From: a virus
Strand: one strand, 5' to 3'
Virus record (IMG/VR): IMGVR_UViG_3300033146_000407
Location: 5,189 to 69,188 of that record
Length of the DNA stretch: 64,000 nt
How positions within the stretch are numbered: the first letter of the stretch is position 1; every line of letters starts with the position of its first letter. Positions 38,133 to 49,652 of the stretch are shown piece by piece. The position numbers and the translations under genes are program-made. The notes beneath the pieces are model-generated. The model did no database searches. It was not told the DNA's origin and was given only the letters and a program-made list of their open reading frames with translations.

Positions 38133-40664
38133 CTATGGAATAGCATCCCATAGTGTACCATTAATCGAATGTATCTTATCAGCTCTATCAATCAACGCAA
38201 CTTTCCACTCAGACAATGAAGCACACCCAGCCCCGGTAGGATCGGGAACAGTAACCTTAATACCACCAGCAGCAGTAGCAGCTGACCATCCACCAAACGC
38301 CCTCTCTAATTGGCTACAACAATGAGCACTCATACGTGGAGGTTGTTTTGTTTTAAATAATATACCACCCATCATTTTCTTCCAATAAGGAAAAGCGGCA
38401 TCTATATCAGTAACATTCTCAGGAATAATCAACGGATGCTGATCGGCGGTATTATTATCTACATAAGCCTGACCAGCATTTTCCCAATATCTAAATGACT
38501 CATATCTGATATATACTAATTTATCACAATTAGAAAAATCAACAATATAATGAGTACCAAACTGTTGAAACCCAGAAGCTGAATGTATATTGGGATAAAT
38601 CAAATCAGACTCTAACCTAATATCAACTAAAAACGCAAAAGCTCTCCAAGAAATTGAATCGAGTATAGTAGATTTGCTAAAATCTATAACAGATATACCT
38701 GCACCCCTCGCAAACGAAGAACCAGAAAAACCACCATACGAATAACCAGAAAACGCATATCTATTAATACGAACGGCATTTGGTAAAATCTCTATTGTAT
38801 GAGGGACCCCATTACCAGTATAAGCAGCAATGGTAGCCTTAACCGATTCTGGTTTGATAATTTTTGAATTATCAAGATCAACCACACGAGCAGCATAATC
38901 AGGAACACCAGACTCAACAAATGTTATAATTGCTAATGTTCTAAGAAACTCAGGACCAGTATATAAATCTTCACATGGAGGATGTACATGATCCTGTATT
39001 TCTAATGCTGACTGGTTAACAGTATCTTCATACCCTTGAACATCAGACACAGTATCTTGAATAATACAAGTAAAGTCACACCCATTAGCATACCCTAAAC
39101 GTTCATATCCAAAAACACCAGATTCATATTCTTTATAAATAGACCACCCATACCCAGGATTAGCAGGACACGTTATACCGTCAAATGGAGCAATAGTACC
39201 TTTGTTTTTTAATAATTCAATAAATCCATCACCATATAATATACCACCATCAGCTAATGGAAACCCATCAATTGATGTAAAATTCCACCCAAATTGACAA
39301 TCGTAATTAGGATAAGTATCTGTTCCATATTTATAAATAGTATTCATCTCTAAGGCACTCTCAGTGAACACATCAGCCTGAAATGATACTATAGTTCTAT
39401 CCATATCAGCTTTTATATCACCTAACTCATAGGTAAGAGTATCCATAATAGATACTATTTCCTTAGAAGTTCCACGATAACCAACGCCTATATTATGTTG
39501 GTCCTTTCCTGAACCCACAAGAGCACTATCATCAGTAGAATAATACGATTTAATATCAGTACGATCGATACTGAAATCCTTAGATATAAACATATGAGGC
39601 GGTTCTAATATATTTCTATGTCCAAACTTAATAAGAGCCGGATCTCCATTATTATAATATATATTAGTAAATTTAAACCCATAGAAATTATTATAATCTA
39701 TCTCACCATTAATAATATTAACATTCAAGGCGATACTATCATTAAGTTCAAGTTCTATACTATACGAAGTAATCATACTCTCATAAAAAATAAAACTATT
39801 GCTGACAATACTAAATACTTCAGTTTGTGACGATCCAGCATAAGGAATAGTGATACCAGAACACCCAGCATCATCATCAACAATAATTAATGTGTTATTT
39901 GCTATAATTTCATTACTAATAGATACTCCATTATTAATAAGAGTTATACAAGATGAACCAACCCCAGACGAATATACTACATTATTCTCTATGGTGGTAT
40001 ATACAGATTCATTAACATAAACACCTGTAGTATTTATGTCTCTCATATTACCTATAACATTACGACGTACTGTATTATATTTACTACCATTATGTATAAT
40101 AATAGAAGATGAATGTAATCCTAAATCGTTAAATATATTATCCTCAATAAGACATCCGGTAGCACCTGTCAACGCAACACCATACATATCACTAGCAGTA
40201 GAAATTTCAGTAGTAAATATATTATTCGATATTAAACATTCCGTAACACCGACAAACTCAGCATATATACCACCAGAACCAGCATTAGTTGTAGTGAACT
40301 CACATCCACTAATAGTAACAGAATTACCATGAACAGAAATAAATGAGCCTATAGTAGAAGTATCTCTTTGAAAATGAATATTAGTAACATTACTCGAATC
40401 ACCATGAATAACAAATCCTCTGGATGGAGGTAATAATACAGTTGGCGTATCAATACCCACAATTTCCATTATAGTAATATTTCTAACAAAATCAAAATCA
40501 TTAGATGCTGAACTTTCATCAACAACACCACCTACACAGATAACATCACCATCAACTAAATCTACATTAGCCATCAACATTGTAAATGATGATGCTGCAT
40601 TATGAGTTGAATCATATGGTACTGCCGGTGTCGTAGACGACCCATGTATAAAATATCTAGACAT
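38133..40664 (-). CDS. Virion protein: right-handed beta-helix (pectin-lyase-like) plus C-terminal BspA-type LRRs
   Basis: ISNNIF, IEDNIF, VRRNVI, IENNVV, IANNTL coils; INRYAF, ISWRAF, IIPENVTDI. Confidence 0.7.
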   Translation of the reverse strand: MSRYFIHGSSTTPAVPYDSTHNAASSFTMLMANVDLVDGDVICVGGVVDESSASNDFDFVRNITIMEIVGIDTPTVLLPPSRGFVIHGDSSNVTNIHFQRDTSTIGSFISVHGNSVTISGCEFTTTNAGSGGIYAEFVGVTECLISNNIFTTEISTASDMYGVALTGATGCLIEDNIFNDLGLHSSSIIIHNGSKYNTVRRNVIGNMRDINTTGVYVNESVYTTIENNVVYSSGVGSSCITLINNGVSISNEIIANNTLIIVDDDAGCSGITIPYAGSSQTEVFSIVSNSFIFYESMITSYSIELELNDSIALNVNIINGEIDYNNFYGFKFTNIYYNNGDPALIKFGHRNILEPPHMFISKDFSIDRTDIKSYYSTDDSALVGSGKDQHNIGVGYRGTSKEIVSIMDTLTYELGDIKADMDRTIVSFQADVFTESALEMNTIYKYGTDTYPNYDCQFGWNFTSIDGFPLADGGILYGDGFIELLKNKGTIAPFDGITCPANPGYGWSIYKEYESGVFGYERLGYANGCDFTCIIQDTVSDVQGYEDTVNQSALEIQDHVHPPCEDLYTGPEFLRTLAIITFVESGVPDYAARVVDLDNSKIIKPESVKATIAAYTGNGVPHTIEILPNAVRINRYAFSGYSYGGFSGSSFARGAGISVIDFSKSTILDSISWRAFAFLVDIRLESDLIYPNIHSASGFQQFGTHYIVDFSNCDKLVYIRYESFRYWENAGQAYVDNNTADQHPLIIPENVTDIDAAFPYWKKMMGGILFKTKQPPRMSAHCCSQLERAFGGWSAATAAGGIKVTVPDPTGAGCASLSEWKVALIDRADKIHSINGTLWDAIP

Positions 40665-40666
40665 TT

Positions 40667-43558
40667 CTACCTCTCTTCAGTCAATACACCATTAATAGAC
40701 CGTAAAACACACCCTCGCACGTCAACTCTGCTATCATTACCAGTATACTTCCATTTATTTTTTCTTAAACGAATAACACCATCACCGTTCCATACAATAT
40801 ACATATCAATAGCCCTAGATATTATCAAATCCGATTTAGGTTTCTTTATATTATAAATAACCCCATCCTTAATAGTAACTCCACTAAAATCATTATCACT
40901 ATTGAATACATTAAATGTAAGCATCCAAGGACCATATTTTTTAGGATTCCATGCTCCTATAGTGAAATAAGTATCAGGTTTAGTTGTTATTGCTTTGGTA
41001 ACAACTCTTGAATTTCTACATAGAAAATTTGAATTCTTTCTAATGGTATTACTATCAACATCTAATAATTCATAAAACTTATTATAATCAAATGGGAATT
41101 CTTCAGACCCCCAAATATCAACTGGAATTGTTGATTGATCGTTTAATTCTGAATGCTGAATCTTTATATAACCATACCCAGAATGAGTAGAACATGCAGA
41201 TTTAACTAATATATAATCAAAATCACCAACAGGAATATCATCAACTACAACAGTCCAATCGGAATCAATTGATGTTTTATATGATATAGAAGCCATATTA
41301 TCTTCAAAATCTTCAAAAATATCACCAGAAATTCTAATATATAAACTACGAACCGATTCCTCACAAGTTAAATCTAAAGTGTTATAATCGTATGGGATCT
41401 TATATTTTCGTTTATTATATAGCACATTTAACCTAGATTTAGTATAATCCCATTCAATAGAAATTGAGCCGTCAGGAGTACCACTACTATAACTCATGGT
41501 GTTAATTATTATTGAAGGTTCATCGTGTCTATTATCTCTAACCATAGATAATTCAATTGAAAATGAACCATATCCAATAGCATCATGCATATCATATTCA
41601 CCAGAACCGACTGCTGTATGATCATTATAATATTCCTCTACAACACAATTAGTTCTGAAATCATGTAGTAATTTATTAGAAATTACACCAGATTCAAAAT
41701 CATCATAAATACCATAAGTGTATTCGTATATTGAATTATAGTCAGGAGACAAATCCACATAATAATCATCACCAACAGCATCAATGATAGATATAGGTTT
41801 ATATGAGAATAACCGAGACCCATCAGTCATAAGAGAATAAAACTTAACTATATAATCACCAACAGCATTATATATATGAGAATCCCTATAAGAATTATAT
41901 GAAGTAAATCCAAAAAGATCACCTCGTTCTATTAATGATGTAGTATCGTCATCACCATAATCAACACCAGCAGTAAATGATGTAGGATACGGCATACTAG
42001 TATAATTAGTTGCTGATAAATATACAGTGTCAAATACACGAAACATATCAGTCTCAACACCATCAGAATTATACACAACAACATTTAAATTATTCATAGA
42101 ATCAATATTTAATAACACCGAATCTTCTACATAATACCAGCCATTATACGATGTAGCACGTAATTTAATATAATGGACACCAGCCATTTTTATTACATAA
42201 GTAACTCCAGTATAACTTGAAGATTTTCCATCAGGAGTATCGACCCCTATATCATAGCTAGAAGGTTTATATATTACATCATAATTAGGAGCAATATTAC
42301 TTACAGTGATAGTATCTCCTATATCAGGAGTACCAGGAGACACACTAGGGACGAGATCACCCATATCATCAAAATATAACGCACCAACACCATCTCTAAC
42401 CCCCCAAGCAGTATAAGCATGACCACGACTTCTTCTGTTACCATGTATACTTATCCCTATCCAATCAGAAGATAAATACGAATAATCCACTCTCGGTATA
42501 TTAGCTAAATCAGCCCACCCAAGAGAAGGTCTAACAAATTCAAATTCATCCACAACTAAATGATCATTACTATCTTCTAATACCAAATTACGAACACGAC
42601 CATCAATATCCAATGGATACAACACTGTAGATGATTCTGCGGTAAATACATTATTATTAACATCAGCGGAAGTAAATGAACGCATATCACTAGTAACTAC
42701 TGATTCTATTCTAGATACGTCTAAAAATATATTATTAGTTATATTATACGAAATGTAGTCAGACTGTTTACGATCAATAAATACCAACGCATTTTCAGCA
42801 CCAATACTCATAGCAACAAATAAATTTCCCTGAACAATAGTTCGAGCATAATTAGACACTAATACTGACAGACTACTAATATCTTCACCTTCTGGTATAG
42901 AATATACACCACCACCATAAGTAACAATCCTATTATTAACCAATGATATATTATTTAACTGATCATTTCCATTACTAATACATTCAAATATAATATGAGA
43001 TATGTTTTTAGCTGGATCAGATCCAATAGTATATTCTTCGAGCTGAATGTTTCCATTTTCAATGGTAACATTAACGTTAGCGGTTGATAAGAACACAATA
43101 CCCAATTCAGAGTTATATACCCCACCAGCTCCACCAGCATTATAACTATCCGTCTTTTTATTTATTATTATATTATACGGTTCAAGATCTACCCAATTAG
43201 TCATAGTAACATTAATAATACGCTCATCAGAATAAAACATACGAATTATAGGAGTATACCAAGTTTCATCGGTATAAACAAAAGTGTGATCATACACACC
43301 TTTAAATTTAAAAACACGATTAATATCTCCTGATGTTTTTCTACCAACAGATTCTAATCTATACTTAACGTATGTCAAAAATTGAGTAAACGATATAGGT
43401 CTATATTCAGTACCAATATTATCTCCATGAGCAGCTAATGAAGACTCCCCACATAAAGGAGCCCCATTACTATCTAATTTAGCATCAACTTTAGAAATCC
43501 CCAAATCTACATATATAGTATATGGATCATCATGATATTTTGGATTATCGTATCTCAT
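40667..43558 (-). CDS. Large baseplate-associated virion protein (beta-helix and PKD-like segments)
   Basis: LVNNRI, VQGNLF, ITNNIF; VDYGDD...HIY..VGDYIV; coupled to gp6 by a TAATG overlap. Confidence 0.6.
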   Translation of the reverse strand: MRYDNPKYHDDPYTIYVDLGISKVDAKLDSNGAPLCGESSLAAHGDNIGTEYRPISFTQFLTYVKYRLESVGRKTSGDINRVFKFKGVYDHTFVYTDETWYTPIIRMFYSDERIINVTMTNWVDLEPYNIIINKKTDSYNAGGAGGVYNSELGIVFLSTANVNVTIENGNIQLEEYTIGSDPAKNISHIIFECISNGNDQLNNISLVNNRIVTYGGGVYSIPEGEDISSLSVLVSNYARTIVQGNLFVAMSIGAENALVFIDRKQSDYISYNITNNIFLDVSRIESVVTSDMRSFTSADVNNNVFTAESSTVLYPLDIDGRVRNLVLEDSNDHLVVDEFEFVRPSLGWADLANIPRVDYSYLSSDWIGISIHGNRRSRGHAYTAWGVRDGVGALYFDDMGDLVPSVSPGTPDIGDTITVSNIAPNYDVIYKPSSYDIGVDTPDGKSSSYTGVTYVIKMAGVHYIKLRATSYNGWYYVEDSVLLNIDSMNNLNVVVYNSDGVETDMFRVFDTVYLSATNYTSMPYPTSFTAGVDYGDDDTTSLIERGDLFGFTSYNSYRDSHIYNAVGDYIVKFYSLMTDGSRLFSYKPISIIDAVGDDYYVDLSPDYNSIYEYTYGIYDDFESGVISNKLLHDFRTNCVVEEYYNDHTAVGSGEYDMHDAIGYGSFSIELSMVRDNRHDEPSIIINTMSYSSGTPDGSISIEWDYTKSRLNVLYNKRKYKIPYDYNTLDLTCEESVRSLYIRISGDIFEDFEDNMASISYKTSIDSDWTVVVDDIPVGDFDYILVKSACSTHSGYGYIKIQHSELNDQSTIPVDIWGSEEFPFDYNKFYELLDVDSNTIRKNSNFLCRNSRVVTKAITTKPDTYFTIGAWNPKKYGPWMLTFNVFNSDNDFSGVTIKDGVIYNIKKPKSDLIISRAIDMYIVWNGDGVIRLRKNKWKYTGNDSRVDVRGCVLRSINGVLTEER

Positions 43559-46500
43559 TATGCCCTACCATCATAGGTAAAATTAATATATTCAGCATTG
43601 ACTTGAATTATTTCAGTATTAAGAGAATACCCACCTCTAATATAGCGACCATTAGAATCATATTTAGATTGAATATTACCATCACCATCTAACATATTGG
43701 ACATTATTAAATAACTTAAATCGGTATGTATTTCCGATAATACCTTTGAAAATGAAGTTGACACTACATCATCAAAAATATTAGAACTATTATATTCATC
43801 TTCAACTGGATTATATCCTATAAATTTTCTATAATTCGGAACTTCAATTCTATTGCCACTACCATCAAGCTCCCAACAAGTATACGAATCATAATCACAT
43901 GAAGTGGTTTGCATTTTAGCCTTATTCAAAAAATTAGAATATAATAAAGAAGCAAAATCAATATAAAATGTACGCTCATTTATAAAATTATTTATATTGT
44001 AATAGGACTCTTCTAATGTTACAACATTATCTTCATTTTCTTTATGGTCATATGAGCTACTAGGTCTAACATTATATTTAATAGCAAAAAATCTACTCCA
44101 TGAGTCTGGTATATATGAACTATTACTCAAATATACTTGTAATGCTTCACTGATATCATCAAATATTGGATTCTTTCCACCAGCAACTGAATACTTCTTT
44201 AGTATAGGATGTAATATTCTAAGAGTTTTAATCTTACCTCCATACGAATACGCTGTATAATAATCACTATCATAATTCTTATTACGATCATTGACATTCC
44301 CATGATCAGCTGGAATGGTAGAATCCCCTATATGTGAATATTTCCCTATAGTACGATCTTCAGGTTCCAATTTAACATTAGCATACATAACCGCAGGATG
44401 TTTTTCAATAATCTCAATTAAATTTGATATATAGAGAGGTTTATTAAAATCATTATCTAAATCTAAAAACTCATATAATAAATTATTAATCTCCACTTTA
44501 GTCTGTTCTCTATCAAATAAAGATTTTATTTGTATATCACCAACTAAATTAAATCTATGTATAATAGGACTTATGTATATATGCTTAACACTAATTTGAG
44601 ATCTAGTTTCTAAGTCATTAACTAATGTGGTTATTTTGGTGCTTATATGACCACGTTCACCCTCAGATACACCTAATATCTTTTCACCGGCTAAACCAAT
44701 AGCAGACGAAAATCCAGTATCAAGAATCTCTTTTATATAACACGGAGATTCTTTATGGTTATACCTAAGTTTCTCATTGAATGTTAATTCAAATCTACGA
44801 GCTTCAATATTCCATATAATAATCTTAGGGTCTTGTTGAGGATTTGCAGTATCAAAATATCTACCAATAAATGCTGGTTTATTATAATTAGCATTATCAG
44901 AAGCATTAGCTCTACGATCTAACGTAGTAATTAAAGCATCATTTATAGCTTGAGCTAACAAAACCATACCAGAATCAGAATCAGTACTAGCATCCGGAAG
45001 TGCTGACATATCAATAACCAGAGAGTTATCATAAGTATCATTATTTAATTTTTTACCATCTACATTAGACGCATTAGCGTAATCATCACTACCATATATA
45101 ATCTCAAGGTATGCTGCATTATCACCATATGTATTTTTTATATCAGACCATACATTCTTCGAATATAATGGATCACCCTTAATAGCATTATATTCAGTAT
45201 CCACTACATATCTACGTAATTGAGCTACTTGTTCTTTGGTAATAAAAACATTAAAATACCCCTGAGTATTGAACCCATAAGCATCATAATTATTATCTAA
45301 TAACGCATCTTCCAAATCTTCATCATTCTTAGGCAACATTCTATCATTAATAGAATAGTAAAGCGAACCCGCAACTGTAAACAATACAGTATTGAACATA
45401 CGAGCAATAGCAAACTTATTGTACCGATCACGCTCTTCTTGTTCTCCCCAAGCAACAGCATTACGAACAACAATAGGAGTCTTAACTGATGTTAAATACG
45501 CCATATAGTCATCTTTAGATACTAATCTATCTAAAGAATAATAAATCTTAGGAGAATAATATTTAATAGAATCGATACTCTCCATACCGAACCCACCAAC
45601 AATATTAGACTTAAACTCAAATGAAACATACTGAGATATATTTACTCCGGTATTAGTGTATATATTACCTGAATGTGATAATCTATCACCAACAACCCCA
45701 ATTTTATTAGCATTAGCACCTTTAGTTGAAAGATATTGTATGTATATGTTCTCTCGTGATGTTATAGGACCCTTTTTAGCGTATCTATCATCACCAAAGA
45801 GCAATTCCACCCCTTCATCGTTAGACGTGCGTATAAGACACACTTTAGATGGGTTATCTAGATTAGCAGATACCATACTCTCCCAGTCCAATAAAGACTT
45901 TCGTTCTATTCGATATCTATTATCTGGAGTTTTTTGTTCACCAACATACACCTGCGTTACTTTATTAAAGAAATAATCTTTATCTCCATAAATATTACTA
46001 AATGTAGTATCATCTAATTTATATATCTGAAATGGTGCATTAGTTTGAGTATTACCGACACCAGAAATAATCTTTTCTCTAATCTCACCCTCAATCAAAG
46101 TAACATCATTACCCCAAGAATCAGAATTAAAGGTTTGAATATAATCAGGTCCAACACTCATAGCATTCCAAATATCATAAGATATATTTAGAGTATAAGT
46201 GTCTAGTAAAACAAAATTACTACCACCACCGCTAAATTTAGAATAATATGGTATCTGGATTGAAATAGACGGACCAATCACCATTTTGTAATTTGGATCA
46301 GTTGGATCAGTTACAAACTTAGGATCAGACCCAGCATCAATAAGTGCCTTCTTAATATCACCACGCAACACCAACGTTATAGTAGTCTTTGCTGGTGTAT
46401 ATCTTGTGATATCATAAGCAAGTTCACGAGATTTACTAATAACAGAACTTTTTAATTTTGCGGTATCAAAAAAACATTCCTCGGCACGACGCTGGATGTA

Positions 46501-46665
46501 GTAGTTCATTATGTCAGTACTACCAGCAAATAGTTCTACTAACATCTGAGTTATAGAAGACTCTCGGAAATTGTCGAATTTAGGATCAGATTCTATTAAA
46601 TCATTTACCTGTGTTAATATATCGGTATACGTTAGTCCCGAATATTTAAGTTTATTTTCTTTCAC
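43558..46665 (-). CDS. gp6: Baseplate wedge subunit, T4 gp6-like
   Basis: F.DTAKLKSSV...RELAY, LFGD, YLSTKGANAN, GG.GMESIDSIK..SP, RLVSKDDY, AWGEQE. Confidence 0.88.
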   Translation of the reverse strand: MKENKLKYSGLTYTDILTQVNDLIESDPKFDNFRESSITQMLVELFAGSTDIMNYYIQRRAEECFFDTAKLKSSVISKSRELAYDITRYTPAKTTITLVLRGDIKKALIDAGSDPKFVTDPTDPNYKMVIGPSISIQIPYYSKFSGGGSNFVLLDTYTLNISYDIWNAMSVGPDYIQTFNSDSWGNDVTLIEGEIREKIISGVGNTQTNAPFQIYKLDDTTFSNIYGDKDYFFNKVTQVYVGEQKTPDNRYRIERKSLLDWESMVSANLDNPSKVCLIRTSNDEGVELLFGDDRYAKKGPITSRENIYIQYLSTKGANANKIGVVGDRLSHSGNIYTNTGVNISQYVSFEFKSNIVGGFGMESIDSIKYYSPKIYYSLDRLVSKDDYMAYLTSVKTPIVVRNAVAWGEQEERDRYNKFAIARMFNTVLFTVAGSLYYSINDRMLPKNDEDLEDALLDNNYDAYGFNTQGYFNVFITKEQVAQLRRYVVDTEYNAIKGDPLYSKNVWSDIKNTYGDNAAYLEIIYGSDDYANASNVDGKKLNNDTYDNSLVIDMSALPDASTDSDSGMVLLAQAINDALITTLDRRANASDNANYNKPAFIGRYFDTANPQQDPKIIIWNIEARRFELTFNEKLRYNHKESPCYIKEILDTGFSSAIGLAGEKILGVSEGERGHISTKITTLVNDLETRSQISVKHIYISPIIHRFNLVGDIQIKSLFDREQTKVEINNLLYEFLDLDNDFNKPLYISNLIEIIEKHPAVMYANVKLEPEDRTIGKYSHIGDSTIPADHGNVNDRNKNYDSDYYTAYSYGGKIKTLRILHPILKKYSVAGGKNPIFDDISEALQVYLSNSSYIPDSWSRFFAIKYNVRPSSSYDHKENEDNVVTLEESYYNINNFINERTFYIDFASLLYSNFLNKAKMQTTSCDYDSYTCWELDGSGNRIEVPNYRKFIGYNPVEDEYNSSNIFDDVVSTSFSKVLSEIHTDLSYLIMSNMLDGDGNIQSKYDSNGRYIRGGYSLNTEIIQVNAEYINFTYDGRA

Positions 46666-46688
46666 GCAAATCCACCTTAGTAATTTAT

Positions 46689-46696
46689 TATTTATA
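46689..46696 (-). promoter_or_regulatory. Late promoter TATAAATA
   Basis: Exact motif. Confidence 0.75.
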
Positions 46697-46712
46697 CTAC
46701 TATTTATCTATT

Positions 46713-47108
46713 TTACTCACTTACCACTTTAACAAACTTACCTTTTACAATAGTTCCGTTAATACTATACGGAATAACTATAGTAACCGTATGTAAATCA
46801 TCATTAATAATCAACTGAGAATGTGTAGTATCAATAGTAATTCTATCTTCCCATCTTCCTATTTCTTCTATAATTGTACTAAGTAGTGTTTCAAATGAGG
46901 AATCGGTGGTAAGTGAAAATAAAATTCTAGATAACACAGAACCATAAGATGGAAGAAATAACCGCTCACCATAATTAGTAGTAAGAATCAATTCTATACT
47001 TTGATTGATAACATCTACATCATACAACTCACCACGCAACACCATATCCTTAGATAAATCTCTAGCCCAATTCAATCTAATATTATTAATCTCTTCTAAA
47101 TTATACAT
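46713..47108 (-). CDS. gp25: Baseplate wedge subunit, gp25/GPW-like
   Basis: INQSIELILTTNYGERLFLPSYGS.L...LF, WEDRI. Confidence 0.9.
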   Translation of the reverse strand: MYNLEEINNIRLNWARDLSKDMVLRGELYDVDVINQSIELILTTNYGERLFLPSYGSVLSRILFSLTTDSSFETLLSTIIEEIGRWEDRITIDTTHSQLIINDDLHTVTIVIPYSINGTIVKGKFVKVVSE

Positions 47109-47116
47109 ACACCCAC

Positions 47117-47728
47117 CTATTTTATATGTATAGTCTGAATCACACCATCGACCATACCAGTTTCATTTTTTAATTTAAGTGCCTCAGTTGTAACAGACCT
47201 AGTAGCCCCTCCACCCTGAGTAACCGCTGATAATAAACTAGCACCAGCCGTAGCCCCAAGAAGAAATCCTGGTGGTGTTGGGGATGCACTATAAGTTGCA
47301 GCTGCTGTAGCTAATCCGACTAACAAATTATTATAATCAGATTCTAACTTATCCATACGCTCCTTCATAGTAATTTGAGCATTAGATACTATATGAGTCA
47401 GCATCTCTTTAGATATAACAATCATCTGATGCTCAGATCCTGTTAACTTCTGAGAAATATAAGGATTCGAAAAATCTGGATTATCTGGAATTCCTTTTCC
47501 AGAAAAATCTTGCTGTCTAACATCAACCATATCATCTTTATCTTTATCTGCATTATATTTATTATTTAAATCATCAGCATCAAACGGAAATAAATCAGAA
47601 TGACTAACAGTTCCATCATCAGGATCAACAACAATCCATTGGTCTGGTGATGTTACTTTATTTAAAGCTTTTTGTATATTTTCATATAAATCTAAATCAG
47701 TATTAGTTATACCCTGTGGTTCTTTCAT
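47117..47728 (-). CDS. Hypothetical baseplate/spike-associated protein
   Basis: Between gp5 and gp25; small-residue hydrophobic C-terminal stretch. Confidence 0.55.
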   Translation of the reverse strand: MKEPQGITNTDLDLYENIQKALNKVTSPDQWIVVDPDDGTVSHSDLFPFDADDLNNKYNADKDKDDMVDVRQQDFSGKGIPDNPDFSNPYISQKLTGSEHQMIVISKEMLTHIVSNAQITMKERMDKLESDYNNLLVGLATAAATYSASPTPPGFLLGATAGASLLSAVTQGGGATRSVTTEALKLKNETGMVDGVIQTIHIK

Positions 47729-47736
47729 ATAAACTC

Positions 47737-48456
47737 CTATTTAGGTCCCGGTGAACATTTTTGCCCTGTTAATACCATACCACTAAATGGGCATGTTGGT
47801 AACGCCATATATGGTCCTACACCAGAAGGTATCACAAAACCACCATCATCTTCTAAAAATAATCCATGTTCTTTTTTAATACTACCAACACTAGATATTG
47901 TTATATCACCCTTTTCATCCATAGTTATAATAGACCCACTAGAATGTTCTATTATAACTTCATTATCATTAAATTCAACCTTACTCCCATTAGCATGAGT
48001 GAATTTAGCGGTACGCTTAACTGTATTAATTTCAGCAATATCCCCATTATCAGTTTCAAAAAATACTAAATTATTAGGATAATCTTCCATTCGACTATCG
48101 GGTAATTGATCTAAGTTTAAAACTTTATTCATATATACTGGCAAATATATCTCATCATCAGTGAAATAAACATAAACCACCGTATTAATAGGTGGTACTA
48201 AAAATGAACCAGTATTACTACCAATAAACGAAAATTCCGGTATAGCCCACGGCAAATCAGAATCAGCAACATTATCACCAAATACCCCATGAACTCGAAC
48301 TCGAACCCTACCTATCTTTTCTGGATCATTAACATCAACAACAACACCAACAAATTTACCACTAAACTTAGTTAAGTTGGAATCCCTATTCAGCGATTCA
48401 ACCATGATATCATTGATATCATCGGATGTAGTATTTTTATCATAAATCATAATCAA
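47737..48456 (-). CDS. gp5: Baseplate spike, gp5 N-terminal OB fold (no lysozyme domain)
   Basis: GVVVDVNDPEKIGRVRVRVHG...LPWA...VP.INTVVYVYF; H.NGS/HSSGS beta repeats. Confidence 0.85.
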   Translation of the reverse strand: MIMIYDKNTTSDDINDIMVESLNRDSNLTKFSGKFVGVVVDVNDPEKIGRVRVRVHGVFGDNVADSDLPWAIPEFSFIGSNTGSFLVPPINTVVYVYFTDDEIYLPVYMNKVLNLDQLPDSRMEDYPNNLVFFETDNGDIAEINTVKRTAKFTHANGSKVEFNDNEVIIEHSSGSIITMDEKGDITISSVGSIKKEHGLFLEDDGGFVIPSGVGPYMALPTCPFSGMVLTGQKCSPGPK

Positions 48457-49652
48457 ACAACCCCTTCAATCGGAACACTACCCTCATTAACACCATATCT
48501 ACCCACTAATATTCTCTTATTATAAACGCCTTTAAATAAAAAACTTCTACTAATACTCAATATCACATACTTACCTGAATAAGGAGAACTATAACCAGGA
48601 GCTATTGTAGCTTTAACTCTAACATCTATAACATCAAATAATTTAACGTCATGAACATTACTTATATTGAACAACACGGTCACCGTTGATAATAAATACT
48701 TATAATATGAATTCCACAATCTACCACGATATAAGGTATCTCTATATGAAAAATCACCAATAGGACCCATAACAGTCAACGAAGAAGTAGCAGAGTCAAC
48801 ATAATCTTTATCCATATTAGCATACTCAGTGTTCTTAGAACTAACTGAACATTTATCAATTACCATATCTTCTAAATCATAATAAATCAATGTGTCATTA
48901 TAATTTGATTTATTATTTAATATATGAGACGAATCTACTACTTTAAAATCATCATAATAAACTATATTAGATTCAGTTTTTTCTGATAATTTTTCTAAAA
49001 GAACTCTATCATCATCATGAGTCATTAACCATTTAGGTTCGTTAGAAATTTCAGTCTTAAATGATGTATACACCATAGCACCATCAACTCCACAATAAAC
49101 AAACACACCATCCTCATTTATATAAGATCTATCAGCTACATGCTGAATGAATGATAATGGAGTTCCAACATTATACCATACGGTAGATTCTTCACCTGAT
49201 GCACGAGAATCGAACGTAATACCCATAGACCGAGCAACTTCACCCAAAACATAGTCAGATGATCCCCTAATAGCCCCTAAACTGTTTATAGACAACAGCC
49301 CATCAATAAACATATACCCTGAAACTACAACCATATTAGATTTGTTCTTGGTAGTACCAATACCTTCACTCGATATTGAAGAAATTGCAAACTCTAACGA
49401 TTTAACATCATCAGATCGCCCATTAGTACCCATAGTTACAATTAATGTATCACCATCAGTAACAGGACGATCGTCTAATATTAAGTTAACATCTATAAAT
49501 TTTAGAGATAATGTTGGTACTGTAGAGAATATAGATTCTGAAACCCTAAGATATTGTATAGCGTCTCCGTAAATATGATAAGATACATCGGACCCATTAG
49601 TAGACTTCCGAGAGATAGTAATAGTAGCATCATACCGTTTATTATTTAACAT
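48453..49652 (-). CDS. Baseplate hub protein (gp27/gpD-like)
   Basis: ESIFSTVP..SL.F.D start and YSGKYVI..I end; position before gp5. Confidence 0.65.
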   Translation of the reverse strand: MLNNKRYDATITISRKSTNGSDVSYHIYGDAIQYLRVSESIFSTVPTLSLKFIDVNLILDDRPVTDGDTLIVTMGTNGRSDDVKSLEFAISSISSEGIGTTKNKSNMVVVSGYMFIDGLLSINSLGAIRGSSDYVLGEVARSMGITFDSRASGEESTVWYNVGTPLSFIQHVADRSYINEDGVFVYCGVDGAMVYTSFKTEISNEPKWLMTHDDDRVLLEKLSEKTESNIVYYDDFKVVDSSHILNNKSNYNDTLIYYDLEDMVIDKCSVSSKNTEYANMDKDYVDSATSSLTVMGPIGDFSYRDTLYRGRLWNSYYKYLLSTVTVLFNISNVHDVKLFDVIDVRVKATIAPGYSSPYSGKYVILSISRSFLFKGVYNKRILVGRYGVNEGSVPIEGVV

